A stretch of 64,000 nt of DNA, taken from Obrimoposthia wandeli (taxonomy: Eukaryota). The stretch covers positions 496,001 through 560,000 of the forward strand of contig CDROCS010002727.1 of assembly GCA_977020255.1 (NCBI GenBank), in the 5' to 3' direction. Under the pieces are notes generated by a model. The model saw only the letters and a program-made list of their open reading frames with translations, was not told where the DNA came from and did no database searches. The stretch's first letter is position 1, and each line of letters opens with the position of its first letter. This document shows, piece after piece, positions 35,216 through 50,020 of this stretch. The translations under genes and the position numbers were made by a program.

Positions 35216-35299
35216 CATGAATCATGTGATAATAAAGAATGCGAACAAGATTATTGTAAACCATTTAGAAAATTTTATAAAATGTTAGGATCTAATTTA

Positions 35300-38200
35300 G
35301 GACAATTAACAGATGAAGTTGCACCAAATCATGGTATTGAATTTGTATGCCCAGCTCCAAAAGATTATCATTATAAATTAAATAATAGATAGATCTCAGG
35401 TAAAACCAAAGGTTTTGTAACTAAATATTTAGAAACATATATATTCACAATGGATAAAAAAGTAATATTAGTTTTGAACAATTCACATATTCCATATTAT
35501 CAAGGTCAAAATGAATCTTATGAATTGATAAAAATACAAAATGTAGATTGACAGGAACTGCCAATAATAATTTTAATAGAATAAAAACAATTGAACAAAC
35601 CAAAATGTATGATTTTAATTTCAATAAGAGTCAAGTAAAATATTAAGAAAATGAAAATGTGATAACTTATCTATTTAGACATTGAAAAAAAAATTATAAT
35701 ATGCACAAATTTCCTTATTTAGATTATCTTATAACTAATAATCTTGTAATTGATAATCTTTTAAATTGTAGTTATTGCAATATTGTGACAATATTAATAT
35801 TGGAACCAAAATATTTTGTTCCAGACAGTGTGAAGTAGCTTGTAAGCTAATTGAATTAAGGAAGGTTAAAAAATGCACCCAATTCAAAAAAACATTTAAA
35901 ATATTATTATAATAATGAATCATAAGAATGTCATAAAAATATTCATATGGCAATTTAATAAACAATTTAAATAATTATCAATTGTTGAAAAACTTGTTAC
36001 TTATAGAAATACTAGTAAATTACACTATTTAGCAAGAAAGAAAAATATAGAAAAATGTGATAGTATGACTTTTACCGAATTAATTGAAGCACTCATGTTT
36101 CTCGCTAAAGAATAAGATTTCCCTATTTTAATTTCAATAAGAGACAAGTAAAATATTTTAAAAATGTAAATGTAATAACTTATCTATTTTGAAATTTGAC
36201 TCCTTCTATATTATTGGATTCTTGTTTTTTAATAGCATATTTCATATTTTTCTCAATCCATATTATTTTATTATCAATTGTGACGGATTTTGATTTTTTA
36301 AAATTTACTAATTCTCTCAAATTTTCTATCGTTGGATTTGTCATTTTCTTCTTTTTTTCTTTAAGAAATAAAATCTTTAAAAATGACATTTTTTCCAATT
36401 TGGACTAAAGATAAAAGTACTTTTAATAATAGTATTTTTTCATCAAATTTTGAACTTTTAATTATTGGATCATCAGGTTGTGGTAAAAATGTTCTCTTGA
36501 TGAAAATGTTGTTTACAAAAGATTTTCTTGATTATAACAATCTTAACTCAACAACTATAAATCAAAAAGAATTAACAAATTGTAAAAGAAGGATTTGAAA
36601 ATGGATTGACAAAAAAGCTATAATTAATATATTTGAAAATTAAGATAGTTTTACTAATGAATTAAGTACAACAAGTGATATTTCATAATATTAGAAAATC
36701 TGATATGAATAATAAAGAAGAATATGTGAATGAATCAGAAAAAAGTAATGTTTTCTTTTCTAATAAATCTGATAGTGATTTTCTTCCTAAGGATAAAAAA
36801 ATCATATTATATTTGTTGATGTTGTAAATATTAAAAATCAAGAAATACAGAAGTCTTACGTCACTAGACAATATAATATTTGTAATGTAATTTATATTTC
36901 TCAAAATTATTATAGTCTTGATAAAAACACAGTAAGAAATAATTCTAATTGTTGTGTATTTTTTTAACTTGTTAAGAGAGATAAGGATATGGGATATAGT
37001 GATTTATTTTCAAATGTTGAACCTGATAAATTTATGTTTGATCAATTTACTGCAAATCATTGGAAGAAAAATATAGTTATATTTTCTTGGATAGAGAAGG
37101 AAGACATTATGGAAGATTTGTTCTGAAGAAATTCATTTATAGGCTTAATTTATCATTTGTAGTCTAAATCTATCATTTGAGCTCTAAATTAATCTTTTAC
37201 GGCTCACATCCCTAGAAAAGAGACCAAATCATGATTTTTAAATATTTCTCTAAAAAATGATGACTATTGAAAATATGAATTATTTATCTAATTATTTATC
37301 TAATTTTTTAGATAAATATAAAAATGTTCAAAATTTTGATACTAATCTGATGCAGAAATATGCTAAAATGGAAACGCTTGATAGATTTACTCAGGTTAAA
37401 CTTGTGTATCCTCATTTGACTCAAGAACAGATAGCTAAGAAAATTGGTTCTTCTGTTACTACATTGAAAAGAATTAGAGCAGATCTAAATACTAAGAATT
37501 TTTATCATTATGATGTTAGACTGAAAAAATCAAATGAAGTTCATAATCCTGAAGATCAATTAAAGTATCAATTTTGTCCAAAGATTTCTAAGATTTCAAA
37601 GATTCGTTTGGCTATAGAACTCATTTTAGAAGTTGTAAGTATTTTAAAAATATGAAAGAAATTACTTAAAAGACAATCACTAAATCAACAACAAGCTCAG
37701 CAAGTTCCTATGAATACAATAGGAGGAACTGGATTGGATTTTGCTACTTCATTAAAATCAAAAAATAATAAGAAGAAAAATAAAAATAATGGTAGAATCC
37801 TTGAGAATGATGAGGATAATGATGATAATATATATAATATGATAAAATAAAATTCTAAACTTAAATTTTATCTTATTCTTAAATTTTATCTTTTAAAATG
37901 GAAGATAAACTTGCGAAAGGAGATGAAGAAACTAAAATTATTATTAAAGAAAGAGTTAGAATTTTCGATGAAAGGAATTTATGTACTCAATCATCTATGG
38001 GTAAAGAATTAATTATTAATAGTGAATTAATTAAAAAGTCAATGGAGTTGCCAGGTGATACAATTTATGATTTTGAACAATGAATCAATCGAGACAGTTG
38101 ACAAATTATTTTTTTATAATAATATAAAATAATAAATATTGGAATAGATATCGAAATAAATATTAAAGTAATTACACATATATTTTTTCGTACTAATTCT

Positions 38201-38330
38201 AAGATTTTATGATTAAAATTAATTAGTTGTTTATGTACATTTAAGAAACAATTCTTTGTTAATTTTTTTATAGACTTTTTTATAGTATTTTGACTAAAAA
38301 CTTGTTTTGTGCGAATCAAAGATTCTAAAA
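35300..38330 (+). pseudogene. Decayed Polinton of a different family: pPolB C-terminus, packaging ATPase and an HTH protein
   Basis: LTDE...IEFVCPAPKDYHY...KTKGF at ~35300-35430. LLIIGSSGCGK (Walker A) ...DYNNL, KIIIFVD and NTVRNNSN at 36383-~37000. YPHLTQEQIAKKIGSSVTTLKRI (HTH) at 37257-37655. The end coordinate is approximate. Confidence 0.7.
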
Positions 38331-38643
38331 GTTAATGTTTTTTAATTCTTCAGAATAAAATTTTCCTAATATTTTTTTCCATTTTCATCAATAAGTTAGT
38401 AAAGTATAAGTTAGTAAAGTATAATAAGTTAAATTTTATTTATCATAAAAATTTATTTTTAAAATTTAAAAGTATATATTTTTTCAAACTATAAAACTGT
38501 TTTACTTCTAACTAAAGCAGTAAAATATTATAGAATAAATAAAAAAAACAGTAAAAATTAAATTTCCCTCAAATCCTCCAAATAAATGTCAAGCTAGGTG
38601 GAACTTTTTAGTTTCATACTGTTTAATGTATGAACAGTTCACT

Positions 38644-38802
38644 AAAAACAAATTGGAAATAAATGATTTTATAATTGATATTTGGTCGTTTACTTGGTTT
38701 AATGTGAGAAAATAATTTGATTGGGAAAGGTTAAAATTATATAAAACATTATGTCAAGCAGCCAAAAATACTATAACAAGAAATAAATTGGAAGGATATA
38801 AG
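38644..38802 (+). repeat. 159-bp perfect direct repeat, copy 1
   Basis: Identical to 41445-41603 by manual comparison. Confidence 0.92.
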
Positions 38803-39806
38803 CCGAATTTTGGATCAATTTTATCAATAAAAATGTCTCAAAGATGGGTGCTTGAGTATTTCCTGAGATATTTTATGTTGGAGTTTAATGTAAAATTTCA
38901 CTCGAAAAAGTACAATAGACTCTATTTTTGTAAGGTCATGTTGAATGAGTAAGGTAACGTATTTTAAATAAAATATGTTACTAACAATGAAAAATAATTT
39001 AATAAGGTTTTCTAATCTTTATCTATCATTATTCGTTTAATATTATAATTTTTCGGAATTTTATTTTTCTGTATATATTTAAAGAATTTTAAAATTACAT
39101 ATTGGTCGATTTCGTAATTTGAGAATATCCATTCTAATTTTTGTCGTGGATTCAGTTTTTTATATGGTATTTCAAAACGATTTTTGTGTGAAGATTAATT
39201 TTCATTCAGTTCAGTAATCAATTACACGCAAGCTTCTTTTTTACGACTATAAGTGTTTTTCTTTTAGACTGGTTTTCAAATTTGCGTAATTCTCGAACTG
39301 TATTTTATGTGAAAATAAATTCAGTTATTTGTTATTTATATTACAATATTATTTGTTTCGTTCACCAGATGACTTTATATTCCTTCAATTTAAAGTTCTT
39401 CAAATTAAAAATAAATATTGAAGAATACCCTGTGTAACATTCATTGATACAAAATAATTTCTTTATTTCGATCTTTGTTATGCTTCAAAAAAGTGATAAC
39501 TCTAATATTTGGCCATCTCAATAAGTGTCTACTTCTATGGTATCCGACCTATTTTGGACATATCCTTGTCTGCCAATGTAAATTAATTTACCTCAATTTT
39601 GGAATTCACTGCTTTCTAATTACCTACTTCATTATTTCTCTAAGTTTTTATATTTTAATTTTTTGTGTTTTTATCGTTTAATTTTTAAGCGTTTGAATTC
39701 GAATATTTAATTAAAATACAATATTCACTTAATAAATATACAATTTTCTTTAAAATTATAATTTACAAATTATTGAAAAGCTGCGTTTATTTATACATTT
39801 TGCCAG

Positions 39807-41097
39807 ACATACAATCTCCTGTCGGAATTCTACTTCATCCACGCCACCCCGACACTCTTCAATGCTGGCACTAGTGAGGCTCAAATGTCAAGCTGTTTTC
39901 TGCTTACTATTGAGGAAGATAGTATTGAAGGAATCTTCAACACTTTGAAGAGCTGTGCTCTAATATCAAAAAACGCAGGAGGTATCGGTCTAAATATTCA
40001 CTGCATTCGCCCAAATGGTTCTGCCATCGAGGGTACAAACGGTACATCAAATGGTCTCATTCCAATGCTTCAGGTGGGTTTGATTTGAAAAAAAGCATTC
40101 AATATTGTATGTGACCCACTAATAAAAGTATTGATGACTAACATTTTGAGCTATATCAAGATGTTGATAATTTATTGAAAGCATTCGAAATAATAGTAGA
40201 CAATTAAATAAAATATACATTCAACTAGTAAATATACACATTAAATAAATATTACATCGTCAATTAAAGAACTGTTTCTAATGTTAAAGTTAATTTTAAT
40301 TTTACTTATAATTGTTTAATGGAACCTATATATCTCTCCAGATTTGGAGTCCGCAATAGTCTGTTGGTGGCACCAATGCCCACAGCCAGTACGGCACAGA
40401 TTCTCGGCAACAATGAATGTTTCAAGCCCATCACCAGCAATATCTATCTGCGCCGCGTCTCGAGCGGCGAATTCGTGGTCACCAACAAATATATTATAGC
40501 CGACCTCGTCAAACTTGAAGTCTGGGACGAGGATCTTAAGAACGCCATTATTGCAAATCAGGGCTCTGTACAAGTTCGTCATCATTTTGTGTTTTCTAAC
40601 TTGGTGCTAAATTTATGCTAGAGTTTAAAGATTATCGTTTCTTTTTTAAAGTTTTATCAACCAATAACATTTTTAATATTTAAAGTATCATTTTATTTGG
40701 TAACTAAACATTAAAGAAACTTCGTCCCAGGTTGTCTTCCAACTGCTCATTACCCTAAAGACGCTGCTATAATATTTGACTCGGGGAATTCTATTTGGCA
40801 TGTATCTTTTAAATATTTTAATCAAGTTATACTATTTGCATATCAAATATTTGTTCGATTTCAATAATTATCAAAATATCGCGTAAACATTGTTGTATGA
40901 AATTACAGAACATCAATGGTCTTCCGGAAGAGCTTAAGCAGCTTTACAAGACGGTGTGGAAGATGGACCAGTCAACTCTGATCCGTATGGCAGCAGACCA
41001 GGCGCCCTTTGTGGATCAGAGCCAGAGTCTGAATCTGTTTGTTGCGAAGCCTGGCTACCAGGCACTGACTACACTACACATGTCTGCCTGGAAATTG
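39807..41097 (+). pseudogene. RRM1: Ribonucleotide reductase large subunit gene fragment: three intron-bounded exons (39807-40073, 40342-40573, 40909-41097)
   Basis: [10 protein letters not shown]...[28 protein letters not shown]; [22 protein letters not shown]; LKQLYKTVW...DQSQSLN. About 300 aa is missing between exons 1 and 2, whose phases are incompatible. No N- or C-terminal exons were found. Confidence 0.9.
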
Positions 41098-41444
41098 GTT
41101 AGTGGCATATACCCTTAACTATGGCTGACGTATGTGTACACTAAACTAAATTACAATGAATGGTGTTGATACTTTATGAAGTTTACATTAATTATTGTGA
41201 AAAATGTTAAAAATACCGTACTGTTTTGTTTTCTCTGTGCGTGTTTGAATGTAGGCCAAGTACACATCGCCCGTAGCTACTTCTAAACTTTTTAATGTTA
41301 TTTACAATGTTTTAGTTTATATTTTGGTAAGTCATAGTTAAGGTATAAACGTTAACAAATTAATTAAATTCACAATATTTTTCTATTTGTGAATAAATTA
41401 TTACCTCCGTTTTTATGTATTAAACTATGAAGTACTCCATTTGA

Positions 41445-41603
41445 AAAAACAAATTGGAAATAAATGATTTTATAATTGATATTTGGTCGTTTACTTGGTT
41501 TAATGTGAGAAAATAATTTGATTGGGAAAGGTTAAAATTATATAAAACATTATGTCAAGCAGCCAAAAATACTATAACAAGAAATAAATTGGAAGGATAT
41601 AAG
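41445..41603 (+). repeat. 159-bp perfect direct repeat, copy 2
   Basis: Identical to 38644-38802. Confidence 0.92.
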
Positions 41604-42804
41604 ACGAACCAACTATTAAATGAATTAGCAGCAAGAATTTTTAAGCAGATTGAATGATTAAATATCTCATTCTAAAATGTTTACAACCCTAGCAACAAAT
41701 TTAATCTATAATTTTAATAAAAAATGATACTGTTATTTTATAATATTTTTATTTTAGTTAGTTTATTTCATTTTAATATTACAACTTATAAATATTTTAA
41801 AATAGAAAAAAATACTAACCAATTTTTGAAGCAGGTCACATTCAAATCTCTGTTTTACCATAAGCTTAAATAAATCCATACAACTTTAGAAATCATTTAC
41901 TGTCAAGCAGTATCATTATAAATTTGCCATAATGGCTACATTAATTTTTTAATAATTAATGTATTCAAGAGTTAATTTTAAATAAAATGATATAAAATTG
42001 TCTTAAAAATTTCTTAAAAATTAAACTTACGCATCTCAGATTATTAAATTAAGTTACTGAAACAAATTTAATGAAAATTATTATTATTGTATTAATTATT
42101 GTAATTATTTTAAATAACTCGAGACGCTCGAAAAATGATTATTTTATTCTGAAAAATTGTATTTAGCAATATTCCATAGATACTTTTATTTTTAAAACTA
42201 TGATATAAAAATTATAATATTTTTGTAAAAAGTAAACTTCCTAGCCTATACCCATGTTAAGTGTTGAACAAATTATATTAATTTAATTTACACGAATTGT
42301 TTTGTTTGAATTTAGTCTTTCTAATAGTTTAATTCCAGCTCTAGGATTTAGAGTCCATTCAAAATTAATTTGTTTTTGATACATCTAATACAACTTAGTT
42401 CTATCAAAACGTTATAAATAACATAGTTATAATTTTGAGGAAATCCAAAAAGATGCTTTAAATCTAATTTTCCTTAAAATTTATTTTTATTATTATAGAG
42501 ATTTTCTTTACATCTGGAATCCAACCTGTTATTTCTCCATATTCATTTTTATAGGTAGCATCTGTAAGAATAACATTTAGCATATAAGAATAAATTCTTG
42601 GGTCTAGTAAACTTTCTAATTCAGTTGAATCAATTTTATGTCTCATGATTGAAAACAATTTCGGAAAGAAATTATTTTCAAGTGTGATATTTTCATCAGC
42701 ATCTATATCCTTTAGTTCAATTTTATAATAAATTACAGCATTACTAATGTCTAGAGGATTGTAATTTTGAAGTGATTGAAAGACAATATTTCCACTTTAC
42801 TTTT

Positions 42805-42965
42805 GTAACTATAAATAGAAATATGTACAATTCTAACTTGATTAGAATCTATAAATAGAAATATGTACTATTCTAACCGGGGTAGAATCTATAAATAGAA
42901 ACATGTGCTGTCTTAACCTGGTTAGAAAGTTGTACTATTCTAACTTATTTAGAATTTATAAATAG
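42805..42965. repeat. ~40-bp tandem repeat, about 4 copies
   Basis: ctataaatagaaatatgtac.attctaac..g.ttagaat. Confidence 0.75.
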
Positions 42966-43249
42966 CACTAATATAATTGTTATTTTTATGAGAGCTAAAT
43001 GTCAGTTTTCATAGCATTCTTATTGGAAAGTCAGCTGTATTAGTTCAAGTAATTAAGTATTTAATTGTGATAATTTTATCTATCCGAGAATAATTACAAA
43101 AGCCTTTAATTTTTTCTAAATATCTTAAAACCGTAACAATTTAATATTTCTTCCATATTTATTGTATTAAAGCTATTATTAAATTCTCACCGGCTCATTG
43201 TTCAGATCCACATAACAATACAATAGTTTTGGGGATATTAGGATTACAT

Positions 43250-43383
43250 TGCACACAACGAATTCACACATAACAAGAAACCTTTAGACTAGATCAGGTA
43301 GGCCACATCCATATGTAAGCCATATCACTACAGAATTTACGTTGGGGGCATCTGTACAAGGATTCTATTGAAAAGCCCCAACA
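43250..43383 (+). mobile_element. 3' end fragment of an LTR related to 33330-34912
   Basis: caggtaggcca.atccatatgtaagccatatc.ctacagaa...gttgggg...ccccaaca. Confidence 0.75.
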
Positions 43384-45539
43384 CAATTCAAAAGTAAAAA
43401 AGGAGGATACATCTTTAATATCGAGTATAATATAGGTTCATAATATATCAATAATTATATGTATAAATGTAACATATCTTTGTTAAAATATGTCTAACTG
43501 TTTATAATTCTGATATTATTTTATTTATGATAATTCATAAATTATTTTTAAACAATAATACATACTGAAAATAATTACTTAAGAGCTTAAACAGCCTATA
43601 TAAAATGCTGAAGTATAAGCAGAAATTGGCTTGAATAAATATCTCTTTTATCATAAAAATAATCGGTATTAGCTATATTTTTATTAAAAAGTTCCTAATA
43701 ATCTAAATGAATAATAATTAATTATTTTAAGTAAATGTAAAATATAATTTATATAAAATAAATTCAAAAGTTACGATAATAATTTAACATACCAAATTAA
43801 TATAAATTATATTTAAATTTGTACATTAATAGCTTTTAAATGCAGATGGGACAATAAAAACTATACAGAGGTTCTTATAAAATTAATATTAGAGTATTAT
43901 TTAGAGTCCAAAGCGTTCCCTTGTAAGTGGAATGCAAGCCCATCCATTTAGTCGCTTTTTGAAATTGGTTGAGTATACTTCAGCAAGTAAGTGTTATACC
44001 AAATAAGTTGTACATATCCCAAGCTTCTATTAAAGGACAAAAGTTAATGTTCAAACTTTGGTATGTCTTGAATTAACCTTAATTGTTGGTAGTAGGATAA
44101 CGTGTTAATCCTATCATTCATAAGCATCGCATATTGTTTTATCTGTATCGTGTTAGGATTGAGTCGCGTAGAACTTAAAAATAAATTTTCATCTTTAAAT
44201 TTGAGAAAATCTTTTTATAAAAACCTACTTTCTTAAGAACTCACAAACTAGATAAAACAATTCTAGTCTCAAATATAACAGCCCAGACCACATCTATATT
44301 GGGAGTCATACATCAAAATCACGTTTAATTGTTGTATGAAAACAACATTTAAAACGTTATAGGTTAGAAAAAATAATAACAATAAACTTTACATCAACTG
44401 AGTAGCATCAATTGTGAGACTTTAAAAAATTAAATATGTTGATGACTATAATGACTAGTATATAAGAACATTTAGTATCCTTATCTGATACGTAGTCAAT
44501 AATTTGGTTTTAAAAATCGGGGTGTTTTATATTTTTGTTTCTTTATTGATACATGGCAATATATTTTGTATGTTGTACAGAAAGTCAAGCTGGGCAACAA
44601 AAACCTGGCATCGGTTTAAGTAAGGCTGTGATTGAGCCACAATTGTGATTACGCAACTGCTCAGATATTGAACTGAGTCAGCAATTTAAAATATTAAAAA
44701 AAACTATTTGTGCAACTCTGTCTATTGCCAGACATACATCTCGCTCTCCACAAAATTCATAGAGGCTGTGGAAAACGAATAAAATAAGAGTAACATAGCA
44801 AAAAGGAACAGTATAACTCCGAGCACGTTGTCAACGATATTAAACTAGGACAAATTTAATAGACGTTCAGGAGATGTATAATTCCTGAACAAATTTTTAA
44901 AATATAAATATATCGTATTATAAATGTCTCTAAGAAAAAATATTAAGTACTTTTTAATGCTTTATTAATCATATATTCATATAAAATATATTTCCATTTA
45001 TATAATAGTAGTTATAATAAATATTTATTTTGTTTTAATTTTACCAAATATTGTGAAAGAAATCACGAAAGAAATTACGTAAGTTTTTTAATTAATTTAA
45101 AAAATTAAATCTAAAAGATTATAATAAAGGATAAGTCATCGAAGAATTTATCAGAAATATTTAATTAGATATCATTAGTTGGATATCAAAAATTCTGTTT
45201 ATAAAGTAAAAATGGAGTGTTATTCAAACAGAGAGGGCAAGACTTCATTTAATTACAAACGGCTACAATAACAATGTATAAGGGCGATAATTAAACTTAA
45301 AAATATAAATATTGAATAACGACCAAGAAAGGGTGAGTCTTAAAAGTTTATAAAGTTTCCGAAAGTTCTATAACAATTTTTTGTTAAAAAGTATTCTTAA
45401 AAAGATTATTTTAACTGATATACAAAAAAATAATAGGGTTAATATTATTGAGGAATGGTTTTGTTAAATATAAATTTTAATTGAATAATATTTACAGTGT
45501 AGATTTTCACTCGATGGACTAACATTCTTTCAATCATGG

Positions 45540-46320
45540 TCTCTCAGTAAGGATAGTAAGAAATAACAATATATCGATAACAAGCCCTCTTCTCACAGAA
45601 TGTTATTCACTTTTCTCAAGAATTAGGTTTACAAGATTTCAAATCAAGCAATAGATTTATTGATCTTTCAAAAAGAGACACGACATTATATTTATTTACA
45701 CAAGCAGTGAATTGGTACTTCCAACAGCTGAACACTACATATAGTTTATTAACTCAACATATCAGCAAATATTCACTCAGCTACATCTACAAAACCGAGG
45801 AATTTTTTAATAGATTCGACGACAATCTTAAAAAAAATGAAGTTTCATGCGGACACTTTAAAATTAACTACATAAAATTGAACTGCAAAAGCATATAGTT
45901 GTAAAATAAGCAATAAAAAAGACGGTTACATAGGGCTGCAATAATAGTATAATCACCTAATGTATTTTAAGAATGTCTCCCCAATAAGACATTGGCTTTC
46001 AAAGCAGATATGGGCAGCAGTGGTAAACAGAGCAAAAACGTGGCTCACCGTATTGTTCACCTCTAATATGTCTCCTGGTGACAAACGCGAGATTCTATTA
46101 ATTGACAAAAGCATTATCCATCCTACTTATCGACTATAAACTTAAATCAAATTTCTGGATACGAAATTTGAAATAGAGCTTTTCAAATTCGATCACGAGA
46201 TGACAAGGACAAATCGGAAAATATTCGATAATGCCCATGACACTTTACACATATAGGTCTTCAATCGATTGAATTCAGTTGTAGAGTCAAATGCTAAAAA
46301 AGAAAAGACGTTCTTATGAC
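45540..46320 (+). pseudogene. Tigger/pogo (CENP-B HTH plus DDE_1) transposase relic
   Basis: ELGLQDFKSSNRFIDLFKKRHDI (HTH), and LPNKTLAFK...SGKQSK / LTVLFTSNMS.GDKREILLI.KS across a frameshift. Confidence 0.75.
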
Positions 46321-49300
46321 AATAAAAACAAAGAGTTACCTCAACGAAATTCATATATTTGTTGTATATTTGATATACAAATTTCTAAATAGACTATGCG
46401 TCGGTTCCTTAAAACTAAATATATAAGGTACGAGAAAAAAAGTCTAATGCTTAAACAGGAAAACATAGAATTGATAAAAAGATATTTGTGATATGCTGCC
46501 TGGAGCTAAATAATGATTGAAAATCAACAGATTTCAATTATGAGAAATAGTTCAATTTGGAGACAAAATGATAAGAACTCGTGTATGCCAGAAAATCAAT
46601 CGTTAGACGTGGAATTATGTTCTGGCTCATTTCATTGCCATCTGAATTACTAGACGACAGAATAGAAACAGGCAAAATTCTCTGATATATGTAGAATTAC
46701 TGAAAATTACTTTAGTATCATTATGTGGTTCAAATTGGTTATTCTAGCACGACAATGCATCTATCCATAGGCCTACAAAAACATAACAATGGTCACAGTC
46801 GGAAAATGTTTGTTAAAATGTAACTACTTAAATACTGAAACAATCTACGATGTGTGCTGTCTCGTCAGAACGTGTAATTTACCATGATAATGCTGTTATT
46901 TCAATTGACTAACTGTGACTAAAAGTGCATTAATAAGTAGTTGCCAAATCATCGTCGAGGCAGATTGTGCAAATGTGTACTCTGATTACTCTAACATTTT
47001 TAATATCGTATTCTAATGCAGTATTCATAGTATTTTTAAAATTTTTATTTAGTCTGATACCGAACAAACATGTCAGAATCTTTCGTATTGAAATATTCCA
47101 AGAAATAAATACAAAAAGAATATGTAGTAAGTAAAGAATGTAAAACAATAATTAAACATAAAGGGTGGTTGACGTTTGGCTTATACGTCACTTATGACAA
47201 GCAGCCAACATAACATAGTAGTCACTGGCAAAACGCTCATGCGAAGAAACAGCAGAAGCACCATCTAATAGCAGAAGACCTGCCTAAATACGTTGGAAAC
47301 CTTATTTGTGAGGAAATCGTAAAAAAAATAAAAAGTGAATCTATAATAAATTCTTTGAAAGCATGGGCATGGTTGGTTTCTTCAAATAGAGCTCATATTA
47401 AAAAAAATTGTGTACTGAAATTGTTGGTAGATGTGGCGTGTTTTTATATAGTAGAACAAAGAAATAAATAATTAATCATTTTAATTTCAAATCTAAGTAA
47501 AACCAACAGAACCAGTGTCAGCTAATTTAGCAATGTCCTATTAGATTTTACATTGGAACTTTTATTAACTTAAACTATTTTAAACTATTTCATAAATATT
47601 AAATTTCATACTAAATTATCAAAAGTAAGTTTTATAACTTAATTTATATATAATTTTTTCTCTTTTTAGTTAATCAACAAACTATTAAAAAGTATTACAA
47701 TCCAATTAGTATATATTATTCATTTAAATATAAGTTTTTTTGAAAAAGAAAATTTGATAGTTGAAGATAATATATTTATTGAAGATGAGATTTTTGAGCC
47801 TGATATTGCCACAAGTTTATTAGAAAAGATTTTAAAGAAACTAAAATCGGGGAAACTACCAAAAGAATTGCAAAATCAGTCATTATTCGACAAAATATTT
47901 GTTCAAGAAATGATGATTGAGTTTGGAATAAGAATCAACGACTATCATGTGCAGCAAAATATCTAATAAATTTAATTTTTCTACAAGCGACCAATTGCTC
48001 ATTAGAACGGACAAATTTGGTTGGTACTCAACTCATGAGTCACCAAGGACATAATCTTACGAACATCAACATGGAGAACCTAATATGTTTGAGAAAAAAT
48101 AAAGACTTATGTTTTAATAAATCTTCGATATAATTAAATTTGTACATTTATTTATAAGTTCATAAGTATTTATTAAATTCAAATACGGTTAAGTATTTTT
48201 AAAAAATATAATTTGAGTAAATTTAATTCATTCAATATGACTATATTCTCTTAGACACCCTGTTTATATTATAAAAATTTAGATATTTCAAAGCAAATTA
48301 GAATTTATATGAAAAGAATTTAACAAAAAATTCAAAAAACGTAAATTTTTTAATATGAAAGATATTTAAAAAATGTTAATATAACATACTTTTATTTTAA
48401 TGCGAGTCAAATATTCTTAAAAAACCATAAAATCACAACCAGAACAAGTGAATTCCGGATCAAAAAACGACAGTAATCGGACAATAGCAAGTAATTTATC
48501 TTGAATCAGAGTAGAGACATGTTGCTTAAGTACCCCTGTAACTTATTTGAGATTTAAATGAGCAAAGCAGCTTAGAAAATTATAACAGTCAATTTACCTT
48601 AATCCATTATCTCCTAACTTTTTAAATTTATTTTTTAAATAAACATTTTTTTTTAGGACATGTCATTTTATTTAGATAGATAACGCCTGACGATTCGTTC
48701 ATTTTAAAAGATAAATTTGCATATTAAACAGACTTGGACAATATCAGGGAGGCATCAAGACAGTGTTTAAAAATAACCCAGGGTCGTGATGACGTCATCG
48801 AATAAGTGAGTCTATATATTTTTGTAAAATTGATTATTTTTTAATTTACGTATAAAACTTTAACATGTAGAATGCAATGAATGTAACTATTAATTTTCAG
48901 GTTTATATGTAGTTTTGTTGTGTGTTAAAATAATGGAAGGGTTTGGTGATGGAAATGTGAACTTTTTTTTTTTTTTGATCAATATCTAGTATTTTGTTAG
49001 TGAAAATATAGCTGCTTCTTTAAATTTTGTTGTTTATATCATTATTTATACATTGATCTATACATTATGTATTCTGTCAAAATAAAAGTATATTTGAAAA
49101 AATTGTGTTTTGTACCTATATTCTCCTAGCGTTGCCATATGGCAACACCTTATATCTTGGATAGTATATGTTCCGCAGGATTTATTTTAATGTTTTTATT
49201 ATCAATACTGTATCATAAGCATTCACAGCAAAAATTATAAAGATCCGGAAAAAAAATCTATGAGATAAAGGGTTAAAATAGCAACAAAAACAAATATTGT

Positions 49301-49893
49301 ATTTTACATTAAGTATATTGCATAAAGCAATACTCATTTTACAAGCTGCAACCTGTAAATTGTTAAGTTTCAAATTTGGCAACATTGTCTTGTCAATAGT
49401 ATAATAATTTTCAGGTACGATAACAATATATAAGTATACTTCATCAAACATTTATCAACTTTAAGCACAAAGTGACATAAAATCCAACTGGATAACCAAT
49501 GACTTATTACATTATATCTGGCTGTATAAAAACCTGACAGTCACACACACATATAAACGTAAGCACTTCTAAGTACTTTTATTTTCTTCAGTTCAATTAC
49601 CCAATTCAAAATTAATTCAAATCGATAGCTGATTATGAAAATGTGCTTAATCAGCAATCAATTATCAAGAAAGTTATTTAATCGTATTTATCACTTTATA
49701 ATAGTTTGTCGGTTGTCTGGTTCAGCGAAATAATATGATGGTTGTCTAAGGATAATTAACTATGCTACAAAAGATTCTATTTTTTTAATGTTATTGAAAG
49801 TCCTAATATATAATTTATAAATTTAATTTGCTTATATTTATATAAACCATTTTTAATTGTTATAGCTTTTACAGAAGAAATTGACGAATAATT

Positions 49894-50020
49894 TTATTTA
49901 ATTTTCATAGCACAATTATTCAACAAATGTGTTGTACAATCTATATTGGATATCTCTGAATATATTACTTTAAGATTTTTACCTGCATCACATGCGGTCG
50001 CAGAGCCATCTTGACACGAT
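49894..50020 (-). pseudogene. Possible hAT-like transposase fragment
   Basis: AGKNLKVIYSEI..IDCTTHLLNNCAMKIK resembles the recalled AGK.LK..YP...H.TC.AH.L motif. Confidence 0.35.

Noticed and set aside
42464-42720. 64-aa minus-strand ORF in AT-rich sequence
   Set aside because: No recognisable homology; cannot support a call.
44722-44795. Short segment sharing ttgccagacataca with the first RRM1 exon and reading TYISLSTKFIEAVENE
   Set aside because: Only a 14-bp match followed quickly by a stop; insufficient to call an exon.
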